DNA of 64,000 nt from Eledone cirrhosa (Eukaryota): contig OZ024757.1 in assembly GCA_964016885.1 (NCBI GenBank), positions 6,634,001 through 6,698,000 on the forward strand, given 5' to 3'. Positions 1 to 14,964 of the stretch are shown here, in pieces; the first letter of the stretch is position 1, and the number at the start of each line of letters is the position of its first letter. The translations under genes and the position numbers were made by a program. Below the pieces are notes generated by a model. The model saw only the letters and a list, made by a program, of their open reading frames with translations, searched no databases and was not told the origin of the DNA.

Positions 1-960
1 CTTTCATCCTTTCAAGGTTGATAAAAAACAATACCAGTCTATCACTGGGGTCTGTTCTTCCTCTCTATATTTCTATCTCACTTCCTCCCTCTTATTCTCT
101 CTCCTCTGGAAGAAATCATCTGTTCAAACCTGGAGAGTGAAGGGCTCCACCAAGCTTCAAATGTCCAGTGACACCCCTATGACTACATCATTAAAAAAAA
201 AAAAACATTCATGCGTTTGTATGTGTTTATTTAGTAAACCTTAACTGGTTTATATTTATATTTATGACAAAATATCCACATGTGTAAATAAAAACAATTG
301 CATAACTTTAATATTTGTTGGATGGTACTTTCATGACAGTTGAAATTTTGACTTTTTAAAAAAATAATTCACATTTGAAAATACTTTACAACTTTCTTCT
401 CTTTTTCTTGAGCCATTTATTTCTGAGAGGGTTGTAGGGGGTAGAGTCCTCACACACCCCTTCTAGGTCCTATGTGTGTAAAATTTCCTCTTTACACTAC
501 ACATCACCTTGCACACACACACACCACAAGACACTACACCACATACCATATCATGCCATACCACACCACAACACATACCATACCACATTGCATACCACAC
601 CACATCATATACCACACCACAACACACTACACCACACCACATACCACACACCCCATCACCACATACCACAACACACCACACATCATGCCACACCACAACA
701 CACCACACAACAACACACCACATACCACACCACGCCACACACCACAACATACCACACCACCACATACCACAACACACACCACAACACACCACACCACACC
801 ACATCAAAACACCACAACACACCACACCACACCACAACAGACACATACAAACCAGGTAGTTATACCAACCCAGTATCTTGATTTTAGTGATATTTTTGTA
901 ATAAATCTCAACATCTCAGACCTTACTTAGCAAGTGGAGTGGAACTCATCAGATTGGACC
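1..960 (+). repeat. Tail of a preceding ZNF segmental-duplication unit
   Basis: Colinear by eye with 55990-56695 and partly with 4748-5165 and 16185-16415. Confidence 0.85.
495..848. repeat. (CACCA/CACA)n degenerate microsatellite
   Basis: Pentamer CACCA/CATAC repeats that explain the H/T/P-rich spurious ORFs; a shorter paralogous tract lies at about 56475-56590. Confidence 0.9.
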
Positions 961-2096
961 AAGGAAACAATGTTTCCATTGGTCTTTCCAATTGATGATA
1001 TTGAATCGGATTAGAAAGAGAGAAAAAAAATAGAGAATATATTTAAGAGCCATTGACCTGCATCTTTGGTCAAGAAGGCCATTGGAGCGTCACTCACAGA
1101 AGCTGATACAGCAGCCAGCTTGACAGCCGATATAGGTAGCACCAACAATTATCACTACCATTAACAAGAGGAAGGCAGCAACAGCAGCGGTGACATTAAC
1201 AACAACAACATATATGTTTATACACCAAAATCTTACCAGCAAACACAACCACTACCATTAACAAGAGGAAGCCAACTCCAGCATCAGTGACAATAACAAC
1301 ACATATGTTTTCAGGATTGAAAGACTCACCTTTAGCCACAAGGTTCTATGAGAAACTGCTAACATGCTCGCATGTGTGCGTGCTGAAGTCTGGGTCTATC
1401 CGCTGGGAACAACCCCCTGTTTTCTTTTTTGTATATTCATCCATTCATTCATTTATTTATTTGCTAACATTCTACCTTCTTGTGTCTCCCCCCTCTCCAT
1501 GCACCCCTTCTTTTCTCTCTTGTCTTCTGATGCCTCCATATCTGATGTAGGTGAGCTATGAGGCCCTCTTATCAGCATTTTCCCTTCCACCCACACAGTT
1601 GTGCCTAGCAACTTGGCTGGTGACAACCAGCCACTCATCCCTGATGCCGCTTCATGCCCCCCCAATCCTCCATCCCCTGCAGTCGACACCTGCAGCACCA
1701 CGAATAGACGGGAGAGGGGCCGGAACTGATGGGGTGCGGCTGCTTCCACCACCTCACCTGTGTTTTCTTGACGCGTCAAACCTCCAGTGCCCTCGCAGCG
1801 TGGAGAAGCTGAAACTGTCTCTTCGCCTTGTCTGCCCAGCCACGGCCGTCTAGCACACCACCAGATGATACAACGAGCTTACCTGACGCCCAAGCCTCGC
1901 TTGGCTCAGGCGGTGCCGAAAGATCCCAGTCAGGATCCCGAGAGCCGATGCCCTCGCTTCCTCTTTTATGGTGATTATTTCATATTAAGGTGGACGTTAA
2001 TGTTTGTAAATAACATAAGGTGACTTATTTACCTTATAGTTGTTGTTTTATCACCTGTATTATTAAATATTGAAGTGGTTGTTCAACATTTTACAG

Positions 2097-2185
2097 GACA
2101 GGAAAATATTATTTTAATCAGAAATCAGTGAACATTTAGTTTTTACTAACTTTTCTTGACTTTATATTTGGTCTTGACAACTAAA
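2097..2185 (+). other. Putative conserved 89-nt non-coding 5' UTR exon of the ZNF family
   Basis: Flanked by TTTTACAG and GTACGT; same 89-nt length at 13103-13191, 47812-47900 (divergent copy) and 62200-62288; 81 nt at 54055-54135. Confidence 0.6.
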
Positions 2186-2342
2186 GTACGTATTATTTCC
2201 TTTTCCACCACAACACAAACATTGTGAACTTTTCTTTCTGAAGTGAAATATCTTGATTTATTACAACACCTACACACATATTTCTACACACACACACACG
2301 TCTATTTATTTCTCTCTCTCATACCTACACACTGCATGTCTG

Positions 2343-2373
<31 letters not shown>

Positions 2374-2795
2374 TAACCTTCAGCTTCTGTAATTATTGAT
2401 ATTAATTCTCTTGTCACCTGAACTGTCCTCAATAACAAGAACCTTAACTATAGATGTCTTATTCGTCTGTTTTATGAGCTGAGGATTTTATTGTGAACAG
2501 AGCTTCTCTCACTTTAACAATAATAATAGTGGTATATTCCACAATAATCACACACACACACACATATATATAAGCACTTGCCTTTTCTTCAGCCAAGATC
2601 AGTCTTACGCTGACATATGTCTTATTACTTGTACCAACTAAATGCTACATTACAACTTTGTAGAAGAAGAAAGCAGACTTCTGCAGTCTTTTATGGACCC
2701 TTTGTATATTAGAATACATGGCATCTATTAACGATACCTACATTTCTTAATATATAAGAAAAAGTGGTGAGACTCCTTTATGTAAAGATCACTAG

Positions 2796-3479
<684 letters not shown>

Positions 3480-3579
3480 ACCCCATCACTGTGAAATGTG
3501 AAACACACAACTATACAGACACACTCTGGGAGGAAGAATATACAATGTGAAGCTTGAAAAATCCTTATCTTATACTTAT

Positions 3580-4081
3580 CATCATCACCGTTTTACCTCC
3601 ATTCTTCCATGCTAGCATAATGTAGATGGGTTGTCCTGTTGTGGGCAATGCCATGTCAAGTGACCTTGTCTTGCTCATATGGGAACTGATTTTGGTATGA
3701 TTTCTACAGCTTGATGTCCTTCCTAACACAAAACCTCATTTACTGTGAGGGCTAGGTGCTTTTTTTACAATGGTGTCTACACAGCCACTTTTCAATGTGG
3801 GCTGGGTGATATTTTGTCAACCACTTTGCAGTGGGTGGGGATGGGGACATATTTGTCTATATGCTTCAGCTTCGGCTTGTAGCCGTGTGAAGTCAGGTCT
3901 TCTGTATTACTGCATGATGCCAGAGGGCACCGTCCTGCGTCATCGCTTTTGAGAGGTGCAATTGGGCACGTTCAGCTTTTATCAGCTTATCCCGGGTCTT
4001 CTTTGATCTTCCCACTCCATGGCGTCCAGCGTCTTTTAGTGCTCTGCACCTTTTAATGCAGCTGTCATCCTTCATATGCAT
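3580..4081 (-). mobile_element. RTE LINE 3' end fragment
   Basis: MHMKDDSCIKRCR..GRSKKT..LWHHAV matches the C-terminus of the RTE at 10380-10560; GAT tail; paralogue at 15060-15510. Confidence 0.75.
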
Positions 4082-4477
4082 CTATATATATATACTCTAT
4101 CAAATGGAAGAAGTATACTGCCATATATTGAAGATTACTACAATAACTAGGGAGCGAAGGACAATATATGCCAGACATTCTTACCAATGAATTGATGAGC
4201 TGGCTCCTGTGGTGGATACCTAAACATAGTAAGACCCTAGTGAGATGACTGAAAATGACCTACATAGATCAGATGTCTAGGGATGTTCAGGTAGGGATTA
4301 ATGATCTCAAGAATGCCACGAAATAATATATATTAATGAACATTTATTATGGTGAAATATGTTGGAAATTATTCTCAGGTTTTGTATTGTAATCCACAAA
4401 TACACTCTGTAGAATGTTCTACTTCATATTTGTCATTAAGGTTTCTTATAGAGACACAATCTTATTTTATTGGTGAT

Positions 4478-4795
4478 GGTGGTGGATTGGCAGAATCAGT
4501 AGAGTGTCAGACGATATGCTTTGTGTCTTATAGTTACATCCCTTTACGTTCTGTATTAAAATCCTGCTGAGGTTAGCTTTACTCTTCTTCCTCAGAGGTT
4601 CAGTAACAAAGTAACAGTAATGCACTGGGGTTGAGTTAAAAGTAGAAACATTTATTTAAAGTCTATAAAACAATGGATGGAATGCTTTCTGCCATATTTG
4701 TTCTGGTTCTCTGCTCTGAGTTTAAATCCTGCTGAGGTCAACTTTGCCTTTCATCCATTCAAGGTTGATAACAAAAAAGTACCAGTCTACCACAG
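4478..4795 (+). mobile_element. Two tandem tRNA-derived SINE copies
   Basis: GGTGGATTGGCAGAATCAGTAGAG head, B-box-like motif, CTTTGCCTTTCATCC...AAGTACCAG body; paralogues at 15910-16235 and 55715-56040. Confidence 0.75.
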
Positions 4796-5539
4796 GTTTC
4801 TGTTCTTCCTCTCTATATTTCTTTCTCACTTCCTCTCTCTCATTCTCTCTCCTCCTCTGGAAGAAATCACCTGTCCCAACCTGGTGAGTGAAGGGTTCCA
4901 CCAAGCTTCAAATGTCCACAGTGACACCCCTATAACTCCATCAGTGCAAGAAAAACAAAACAAGATTGATGTGTTTATATGTGTTATTTTACAAACACTA
5001 ACTGATTTATGTTTATATTTATGAAAAAATATCCACATTTTTGTGTAAATAAAAACAATTTTATAACTTTAATATTTGTTGATGGTACTTTCATGACAGT
5101 TGAAATTATGACTTTTTTTTTAGAAATAATTCACATTTGAAAATACTTTACAACTTTCTTCTCTTGCCAAACAAAGGTTTGGTAGGACCCTTCAGTTGTG
5201 TCAAAGACATGACAACCTCTTTAGTACTGGTGCCACAATAAAATACACTCAGTAGAATGTAGAATAACCACTGCCCCCTGGTTTGTAAAGACCTGTCCCA
5301 CCCTTGCTAGCAGGGAAAGTAGACATTAAATGATGATCTATGATGTCATTGGTGCCAAGCTGTTTCAGCTATTCCCTTGGACAACATTATATATAATGTG
5401 TATGTAGTATATTTATAGTTTATATGTAGCATATACTCTATATATGCAGTATTTATATATAGTGTATATATTTTGTATATGTAGCACATACACTCTATAC
5501 ATAGTATTTATATATATAGTGTATATTTTGTGTATCACC

Positions 5540-6140
5540 ATTACATCTGATATCCATGCTTGCATGGGTTGTACAGGTCCTTCTTAGCACGACATCTCTC
5601 CACTAGATGCGTTCCAGTCTTCACGATTTGAGTTAAGCTCTCACAACATTTGCCCCTGATTTTCTTGGTCATCCTCTCCTGCAGCTTCCTTCCACTAGGA
5701 TTTCCTCAGCTAGTCCAAGCTCTGTATTTCTCTAACATATACATTGCAGATCCAACAAAACATGGCTGCTTCATTTTTCTCCAGCATAATAGTATCATCT
5801 GCAGTCACAGCCCATGTTTCTCTACCATGCAGTATTGTGCACTTCACACAGGCTTTATATACCCTTTCTTTTGTGTGTAGAGAGAAACCTTATGTTATCA
5901 GCAGTAGTAGTTCACTAAACTTCCATCCTATCCTTATTCAAGCCATCATACTCTTGGCACACCCTCCTCTGCTGCTGATTAGGTCACCTAGATAGCAGAA
6001 GCTATCAACCACATCTATAGATCCTTCCTGTGACTGGAAACGGTTTATAACAGTAGCACTCTTCCTCTCAATTTCTGCTGTGCCTCGTCTACATGCAAAG
6101 TTCTCCCTTCCTGTTAGACTACTCATTACATCTTTTGCGT
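5540..6140 (-). mobile_element. RTE LINE fragment (post-RT region)
   Basis: Minus-strand VVDSFCYLGDLISSRGGC; also carries the LHGxETW motif region. Confidence 0.75.
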
Positions 6141-6187
6141 ACTATATATACTGTATATATACATATGTGTGTATATATATGTATATG

Positions 6188-6525
6188 TGTAGCGAAATCT
6201 ATCTACACGTTGATACCTGGGTCAGATTTAACGGTCAATTTCTGGGTTATCTCGTTTTGGCCATCAACAGGTCTGAGATTGGGCGACCTCAAAAGGTCAG
6301 CCCTTATTTTTCAAGCCTTGGAGACAGAGGACGTGACAGATAAATAGTCTGCCTTAGATCAGGTCAAGCAGTTTAGAGCATTTCTTGATAGAGTAAACAT
6401 GTAAACTATTGCTTTCCACAGACCCCTTTGGTCTCAGTGACTCTTACTCTCTCTCTTTCACCCAATCTCTCTCTCTCTTGGTCTCTCTCTCAACCCAGCC
6501 AGTGAAGTTCAGGAAGTTTTCTTGA
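6188..6525. mobile_element. Possible truncated LTR-like insertion
   Basis: Begins TGTAGCG after a TA tract, higher GC than flanks, unique in the window; no CA end or TSD seen. Confidence 0.25.
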
Positions 6526-6968
6526 TAAATATATATATATATATGTAAAGACCTTCCTTCCCTACGTACAAAGCTAACCTACACTCAGTAGGCACCTCTT
6601 AACCAAATATACACCCCAACCCACTACCCCTACTCCATTCTCCCACTCCCACCAACACCACCCTTTCTCTGTAAAGCTATGTTGGTACCAGAACATCCCA
6701 TCCAAACTAAAGTGGTCATGCAGGTGTCATGACTAAAATAACACCCAGTCCACACTGTAAAGTGGTCGTGTAGGATACACGGTAAAAAGGTTCCCAGTCT
6801 ATACTGTAAATGTGGTTGGTGTCAGAAAGGGCATCCAGCCCTAGAAAACCTACCAGATACAGTCCTATACAAGAGAGACAGGGTCACCCAATCAATCTTG
6901 CCACAAGTGGGACAATTCCCGCTTAACCCTTCCTAGCGTGGAAGATAGACGTTGAACGATGATGATGA

Positions 6969-7011
<43 letters not shown>

Positions 7012-7744
7012 TATGTACTCACAAACATATTTATAAATGTGTATACAAACGCATATATATATATAGGGATGTCATACATCCTATTATGTGTTCAATTCTC
7101 AGCTAGGGAGGTACATTGTGTCCTTAAGCAAGACACATCATTCCACATGTCTCTAATCTCCACAGCTGAAAAAGACAAGTATCAGCTTTAGTTGGAGGTT
7201 TAGCATGGGTTGGATCATTCTCTGCCTCCAACATTTTCCCTGCGACCACAAACCCTGGCTTCACTAACTGCAATAGAGAGAAGAGGGAGATAGTTAAATA
7301 CTGGGGCCTGACTAACCACTTCCTATTTGTCCCCACACTGCTGATTTCCTTCTCAAAATTAGAAAGACAGCAGCCCCCTTGAGGAAGTAGTCCCATGAGG
7401 TGGGGTGGATGTTGTAGTGGGTGTTTCTGGCTATTCTCTGTGGTAACACATTTGCCTTTTTGTCTGTAGGGTGGGGCTGAATCACAGCTCGACTGGAATA
7501 TAAAGTCTGTCCCTCTCCCGTTATTTTCATTGCTTGATTCGTTTTTTTTTCCATTATTTAAATATTTTATTACCTTTAATAATGTGTTTTGTTTTAATAT
7601 GAACAGTTATATAAAATAATGTTATTTATACAAATCGAAATAAAGATGACCAATCTTGCCTCAAGTGGGACAATTCCCATCTAAACCCATGCTAGCCAGG
7701 AAGATAGACGTTAAACGATGATGATGATGATATATATATATATA

Positions 7745-10700
7745 TTCAAGAGAGTAGGTGGAGGGGGGGTGTAGGTATAAACAATGCTATAAATTTTCTG
7801 GGTGGGAAATGACAAAGGGCTGGGTGGAGTAGGAATTGTTTTAGCAGAGAAATGGTTAGATAAGGTAATTACCGTAAATAGAGTGAACAACAGAATAATT
7901 AGAATAAGACTAATTCTAAATAGAACAACTATGACAATAATATCCACTTATGTACCCCAATCTGGTCTACTTGACGTAATAAAAGACAGGTTCTATGAGT
8001 CGCTAATGCTCACTTCCTCCCAAATAACCGACAGTGACTGCATAATTATTGCTGGTGACCTAAATGATCATATTGGACAACATAGTGATGGCTATGATGG
8101 AATCCATGGAGGCTATGGGTTTGGTACTAGAAATGAGGAAGGCTTCAGACTCCTGGAATTTTGTGACACTAATAACCTAACTATCTGTAACACAAACTTC
8201 AAAAAATGAGACAATGACTTGGTCACCTATAGATCACGGGAATACACCAGCCAGATATACGATATCCTTACTAGAAGACGTGGCAGAGTGTCTGTTGTAA
8301 ACACTAAATCCCTCCCCCGTGAAGAATTCACCTCCCAACATAGCCTAGTAGTTAGTGACCTCATAGTCAGGAATAGACGTACTCGACGACAGAGGAGGAC
8401 TATCTTGAGAAGATGGAAGTTAAAGGACCCCACAGCCAGTAACAAATTTAAAAGCATATTAGTTAATGCTTTTGACAGTAAAGAGGTGCAATTAGAGACA
8501 TACAATATAGAGGAACAGTGGCAATTATTGAAAGTTAACCTGCTGAAGGCGACAGATGAAATCTGTTGCTGGAGCAGACCTATAGGTAGGAGGAGAGTAA
8601 CATGGAGGTGGAGGAGACAATCAGGCTTGGAAAGTATTGTGGGATGGGGAAAGTAGAGAACACTATTAGGTGGCTAGGAGACAATTGTACTTTGCAAGAA
8701 GGGAAGCAGAGAATAGAAAGTTCAAGCATGTTCTACAACGTAAGGTGTTCAGGATCGCAATACAAAGTGTCAAGGAAAACCGTGATATTGTCAGGGAGAA
8801 GTGTGTCTGTAATGATGATGGTGTACTTGCCCTCACTGATACTGATAAGAAGGTAGCTTGGTAGTGTCACTGCGAGAGACTACTAAATGAGGAGAATAAA
8901 TCGGGAAAAAGATAGTCTGCCCCAAATCGATCCAATAGAAGGACCAGCAGTGCAAGTTAATGGTGGTATAGTAAGTAAGGCAATCAAAGATATGAAGACG
9001 GACAAGGAAGCTGGGCCTTTGGAGATAGTTGCCGAGATGTTGAAAGCATCTGGAATGGTGGGACATACTATGGTCACCCAGACAGCAAACCAAATAATAC
9101 AGAATGGAGTTATACCAGATGACTGGCGTAGAAGCATCATCATCAAATGCTACAAGGGTAAAGGGGATGCTCTAGATAGTGGAAACTATAGAGGCATTAA
9201 GGTAGTTGACCAGGTCATGAAGGTCACAGAAAGAGTTATTACACAACTAAACAGAGACCGAATTGATCTAGATGTAATGCAGTTTGGGTTCATGCCAGGT
9301 AAAAGTACCACAGATGCTTTTTTTCCTTGTACAGCAACTACAGGCGAAGTAGCTAGTTAAAAGTAAACCCCTTATACTTAGCTTTTGTTGACTTGGAGAA
9401 CGCCTTTGACAGTCCCCCGCTCCAGTATCTGGTGGGCCCTTAGAAATGTACGAGTAGATGAATGGCTTGTGAGAGCTATACAAGCCATGTATAAAGAAAC
9501 AGTCAGCAAGGTTAGAATTAACAATGAATATAGTGTAAAAGTAGGTGTTCAGCAAGGCCCCATCCTTAGCTTCCTCCTGTTTATTATTGCCCTTCAAGCT
9601 ATAACAAAGGGGTTTAAGACCAGCTGCCCACGGGAACTTCTATATTCAGATGATCTAACTCTCCTAGCCAAATCTATGGCTGAACTACACAAGAAATTCC
9701 CAAAATGGAGGCATAGCCTTGAATCAAAAGGCCTTAAAGTTAACTTGTCTAAGACTAAAGGTCTAGTATGTAGAAAAGAAAATAGGGCACTGGTGCCATG
9801 CTCTGTGTGTAGGAAAGGAGTAGGTAGAAATTCCATTCTATGTCCCAAATGCAAACTATGGGTACATAAAAGATGTAGTGAGATCACAGGTAAGCTATCT
9901 AAGAATGTAGATTTTATATGTGGCCGATGCTGATGTGAAATAAGCAGCAAGTACCCACAGGATACTAGAAACTTCTACTGCCCAGATGGTTCTATAGAAA
10001 TAGTGGACACTTTCTGTTGCCTGGATGACAAAATCAGCAGTGGAGGAGGGTGTTCTGAAAGTGTAGTAGCCAGAGTTAGAACGGGATGGAGAAAGTTCAG
10101 AGAGCTTATACCGCTGCTAGACACAAACATTTCTCTCTAAAAATGAAAGGCAGATTGTATGATGCTTGTATACGAACAGCAATGTTACATGGCAGTGAGA
10201 CATGGGCATTGTGTGCAGAGGACCTGCACAGATTGGAAAGGAATGAGGCATGCATGCTACATTGGACGTGTAATTGTAATATACATGAAAGGCAAAACAT
10301 AATCGAACTAAGTGAGAATTAGGCATAAGAGGGATCAGATACTGTTTACTTGAGAGAAGATTACATTGGTATGGTCATGTGATGCGAATGAAAGATGACA
10401 GCTTTATAAAAATGTGCAGGGTGATCAAAATTGATGGAAGTTACGGAGTAGGTAGACCCAGAAAAACCTGGGACGACATAAAATCCAACCTTGCACACTT
10501 ACACCTCTCTTAGACAATGTCACTGGATCGAGATCTATGGCGCCACACAGTAACAGAGAAGACCTGCCTTCCCTATGTGCAAAGTTAACCTACAGTCAGT
10601 AGGCCCCTCCTAACCAAATATACACCCCAACCCACAACCCCTACTCCATGCTCCCACTCCCACCAACACCACCCTGTCTCTGTAAAGCTATGTTGGTACC

Positions 10701-10935
10701 ACAACATCCAGTCCAAACTAAAGAGGTCGTATAGGTGTCATCACGAAAAGGCTCCCAGTCCACACTGGAAATGTGGTTGGTGTTAGGAAGGGCATCCAGC
10801 TGTAGAAAACCTGCCAGATACAGTCCTATACGAGCGAGACACGGTCACCCGATCAATCTTGCCTCAAGTGGGACACCTCCTGTCTAACCCATGCTAGCGT
10901 GGAAGACAGACATTAAATGATAATGATGATGTTGA
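7745..10935 (+). mobile_element. 5'-truncated RTE-clade LINE, degenerate (APE endonuclease + RT + Cys-rich module)
   Basis: GGVGIVLAEKW, AGDLNDHIG, GFGTRNEEG (endonuclease); YKGKGDALDSGNYRGI, QFGF, LLYSDDL (RT); CSVC..CPKC..HKRC..CGRC; MLHGSETW; (GAT)n tail; many stops and frameshifts. Confidence 0.95.
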
Positions 10936-11713
10936 TATATAGTGTATATAATAGTTGTAATGTCACTGGTGCTGATCTATATCAGCCTTTCCCTTGGACA
11001 ACATGACATATAGTCTATATATATTGGACAATATTATATATAGTGTATATGTGATGTATATAGTAGTTGTGACAATATTCTATATACATATGTACACACA
11101 CACTGACAAACATGTATATACATATAGAAGAGTTCAATGAGGAGTTCATAGACTGACCAAGTTACTCTCATGGAATGAGACAATGTATACACAAATATAT
11201 ACTATATATATGTATACAAACACATATATATTGTATAGTGAAGTCATACAACATATGGTAATATCATGTTTTCAATTGTCAGTTAGGGAGGTACATTGTG
11301 TCCTTAAGCAAGACACATCATTCCACATGTCTCTAATCTCCACAGCTGAAAAAGACAAGTATCAGCTTTAGTTGGAGGTTTAGCATGGGTTGTATCATTC
11401 TCTGCCTCCAACATTTTCCCTGCAGCCACAAACCCAGGCTTTACTACCTGCAATAGAGAGAAGAGGGAGATAGTTAAATACCGGGGCCTGACTCACCACT
11501 TCTTCTTTGTCCCCACACTGCTGATTTCCTTCTCAAAATTAGAAGCACAGCAGCCCCCTTGAGGAAGTAGTCCCATGAGGTGGGGTGTATGTTGTAGTGG
11601 GTGACTCTGGCTATTCTCTGTAGTAACACCTTTGTCATTTTGTCTGTAGGGTGGGGCTGAATCACAGCTCAGACTGAAATATAAAGTCTGTCCCTCTCCC
11701 ATTATTTTCGTTG

Positions 11714-11893
11714 GATTGGCAGTATCGGTAGAGCGTTGGACGCCATGCTATGTAGCATAGAGTTTCCTCCCTTTATGATCTGAGTTCAAATCCCGCCGAG
11801 GTTAACTTTGCGTTTCATCCTTACGAGGTCGATAAAATAAAGTACCAGTAATGCACTAGGATGATTGCTGGCCTTGTGCCAAAAGTAGAAACA
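11714..11893 (+). mobile_element. tRNA-derived SINE with 13-bp target-site duplication
   Basis: B box GAGTTCAAATCCC; TSD ATTATTTTCGTTG at 11701-11713 and 11894-11906; empty site at about 7520; paralogue at 60793-60990. Confidence 0.9.
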
Positions 11894-12421
11894 ATTATTT
11901 TCGTTGCTTGATTCGTTTTTTTTTTTTCCAATACTTAAATATTTTATTACTTTTAATAATGTGTTTTGGTTTAATATGAACAGTGATATAACATTAATAA
12001 CGTTATTTATTCAAATCTGAATAAAGTACTAGCATATCTATTGAACGTATGAATCTAAACTATAATAAAAGGATGAGTACGGGACTTGTACGGTTTATAA
12101 TTGTTTATCCCATTAGTAAAATAAGTTGGATTATTTGAATAAATAATTAATGAATATTACATAATTTATCTACTAAATTTCGTGGCCGTTGATTAAATAT
12201 ATTTTGTTTATTTAAAGATTCACTTCTTTAAAATTTCTGAAATGCCAACACTTCCGGTTGGCCATCACTTCAATAAACTATTAATTTTCTGTCACTAATT
12301 TTCTCCTAATGCAGTTTATATATAATATCGTCTTTTTTAATGTATCATGGATTACGTTACTGATTACATAAGACAGTGTAAAACAGTCTTCGTTCAATTT
12401 CTGTGTATTATATATTGTCAA

Positions 12422-12605
12422 GGCGGTGGATTGGTAGAGGGTCGGACGCCATACTTTGACGCATAGAGTTACGGCCCTTGCCATTCTGAGTTCAAATCCC
12501 GCCGATGTTAACTTTGCCTTTCATCCTTACGGGGTCGATAAAATAAAGTACCAGTAATACACTGTGTATTTGCTGGCCTTGTGCCTAACGTAGAAACAAT
12601 TATAT
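12422..12605 (+). mobile_element. tRNA-derived SINE
   Basis: GGCGGTGGATTGG...GAGTTCAAATCCCGCCG...GGGGTCGATAAAATAAAGTACCAG; paralogue at 61502-61690. Confidence 0.85.
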
Positions 12606-12659
12606 ATTGTAAATTACGATTTTATTTAATGTATCATATCTACATGTATATATATATAC

Positions 12660-12828
12660 TTGCGTATAATATCAATATACACACTACACATGCTAGCAGA
12701 AAACCACCCGAAGGTAGCATGTGTATATTGATATTACACGCAGGTATATATATACATGTATCATACATACCTGCGTATAATATCAATATACACACTACAC
12801 ATGCTACTTTCGGGTGGTTTTCTGCTAG
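12660..12828. repeat. Compound palindrome A-B-A'-s-A-B'
   Basis: TGCGTATAATATCAATATACACACTACACATGCTA is present twice direct and once inverted; GCAGAAAACCACCCGAA is inverted; paralogue at 61750-61925. Confidence 0.85.
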
Positions 12829-13778
12829 TTCATATAACGGAAGTTGTTTCTGAATGTATTAGATTATGTGGGGGACTTTTAAGTCATGACACCGGTGTCA
12901 ACTAGACGGTGAAATATTACCATTTATATCAGCTCCATTGTTACAACTTAAACCTCATCTAATTTTATCTTTTATGGTGATTATTTCATATTAAGGTGGA
13001 CGTTAATGTTTGTAAATAACATAAGGTGACTTATTTACCTTATAGTTGTTGTTTTATCACCTGTATTATTAAATATTGAAGTGGTTGTTCAACATTTTAC
13101 AGGACAGGAAAATATTATTTTAATCAGAAATCAGTGAACATTTAGTTTTTACTAACTTTTCTTGACTTTATATTTGGTCTTGAGAACTAAAGTACGTATT
13201 ATTTCCTTTTCCACCTCAACACAAACATTGTGAACTTTTCTATCTGAAGTGAAATATCTTGTTTTATTACAACACCTACACACATATTTCTACACACACA
13301 CACGTCTATTTCTCTCTCTCATACCTACACACTGCATGTCTGTATATATATATGTATATATATTAACCTTCATCTTTTGAAATTATGGGTATTAATTCTC
13401 TTGTCACCTGAACTGTCCCCAATAACAAGAACCTTAACTATAGAAGTCTTATTCGTCTGTTTTATGAGCTGAGGATTTTATTGTGAATAGAGCTTCTCTC
13501 ACCTTAACAATAATAATAGTGGAATATTCCACAATAATCACACACACAGACACATATATATATATAAGCACTTGCCTTTTCTTCATCCAAGATCATTCTT
13601 ACACTGACATATGTCTTATTACTTGTACCAACTAAATTCTACATTACAACTTGTAGAAGAAGAAAGCGGACTTCTGCAGTCTTTTATGGACACTCTGTAT
13701 ATTAGAATACATGGCATCTATTAACGATACCTACATATCTTAATATATAAGTAAAAGTGGTGAGACTCCTTTATGTAA

Positions 13779-14964
<1,186 letters not shown>

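Noticed and set aside
463-930. His/Thr/Pro-rich and Cys/Val/Trp-rich ORFs
   Set aside because: Translations of a CACCA microsatellite, open in several frames
9790-9933. PHD-like Cys cluster as a host gene
   Set aside because: Present at the same place in each RTE copy spanning this region; part of the LINE ORF
11714-12605. tRNA genes
   Set aside because: A/B boxes lead into a multi-copy SINE body; no cloverleaf
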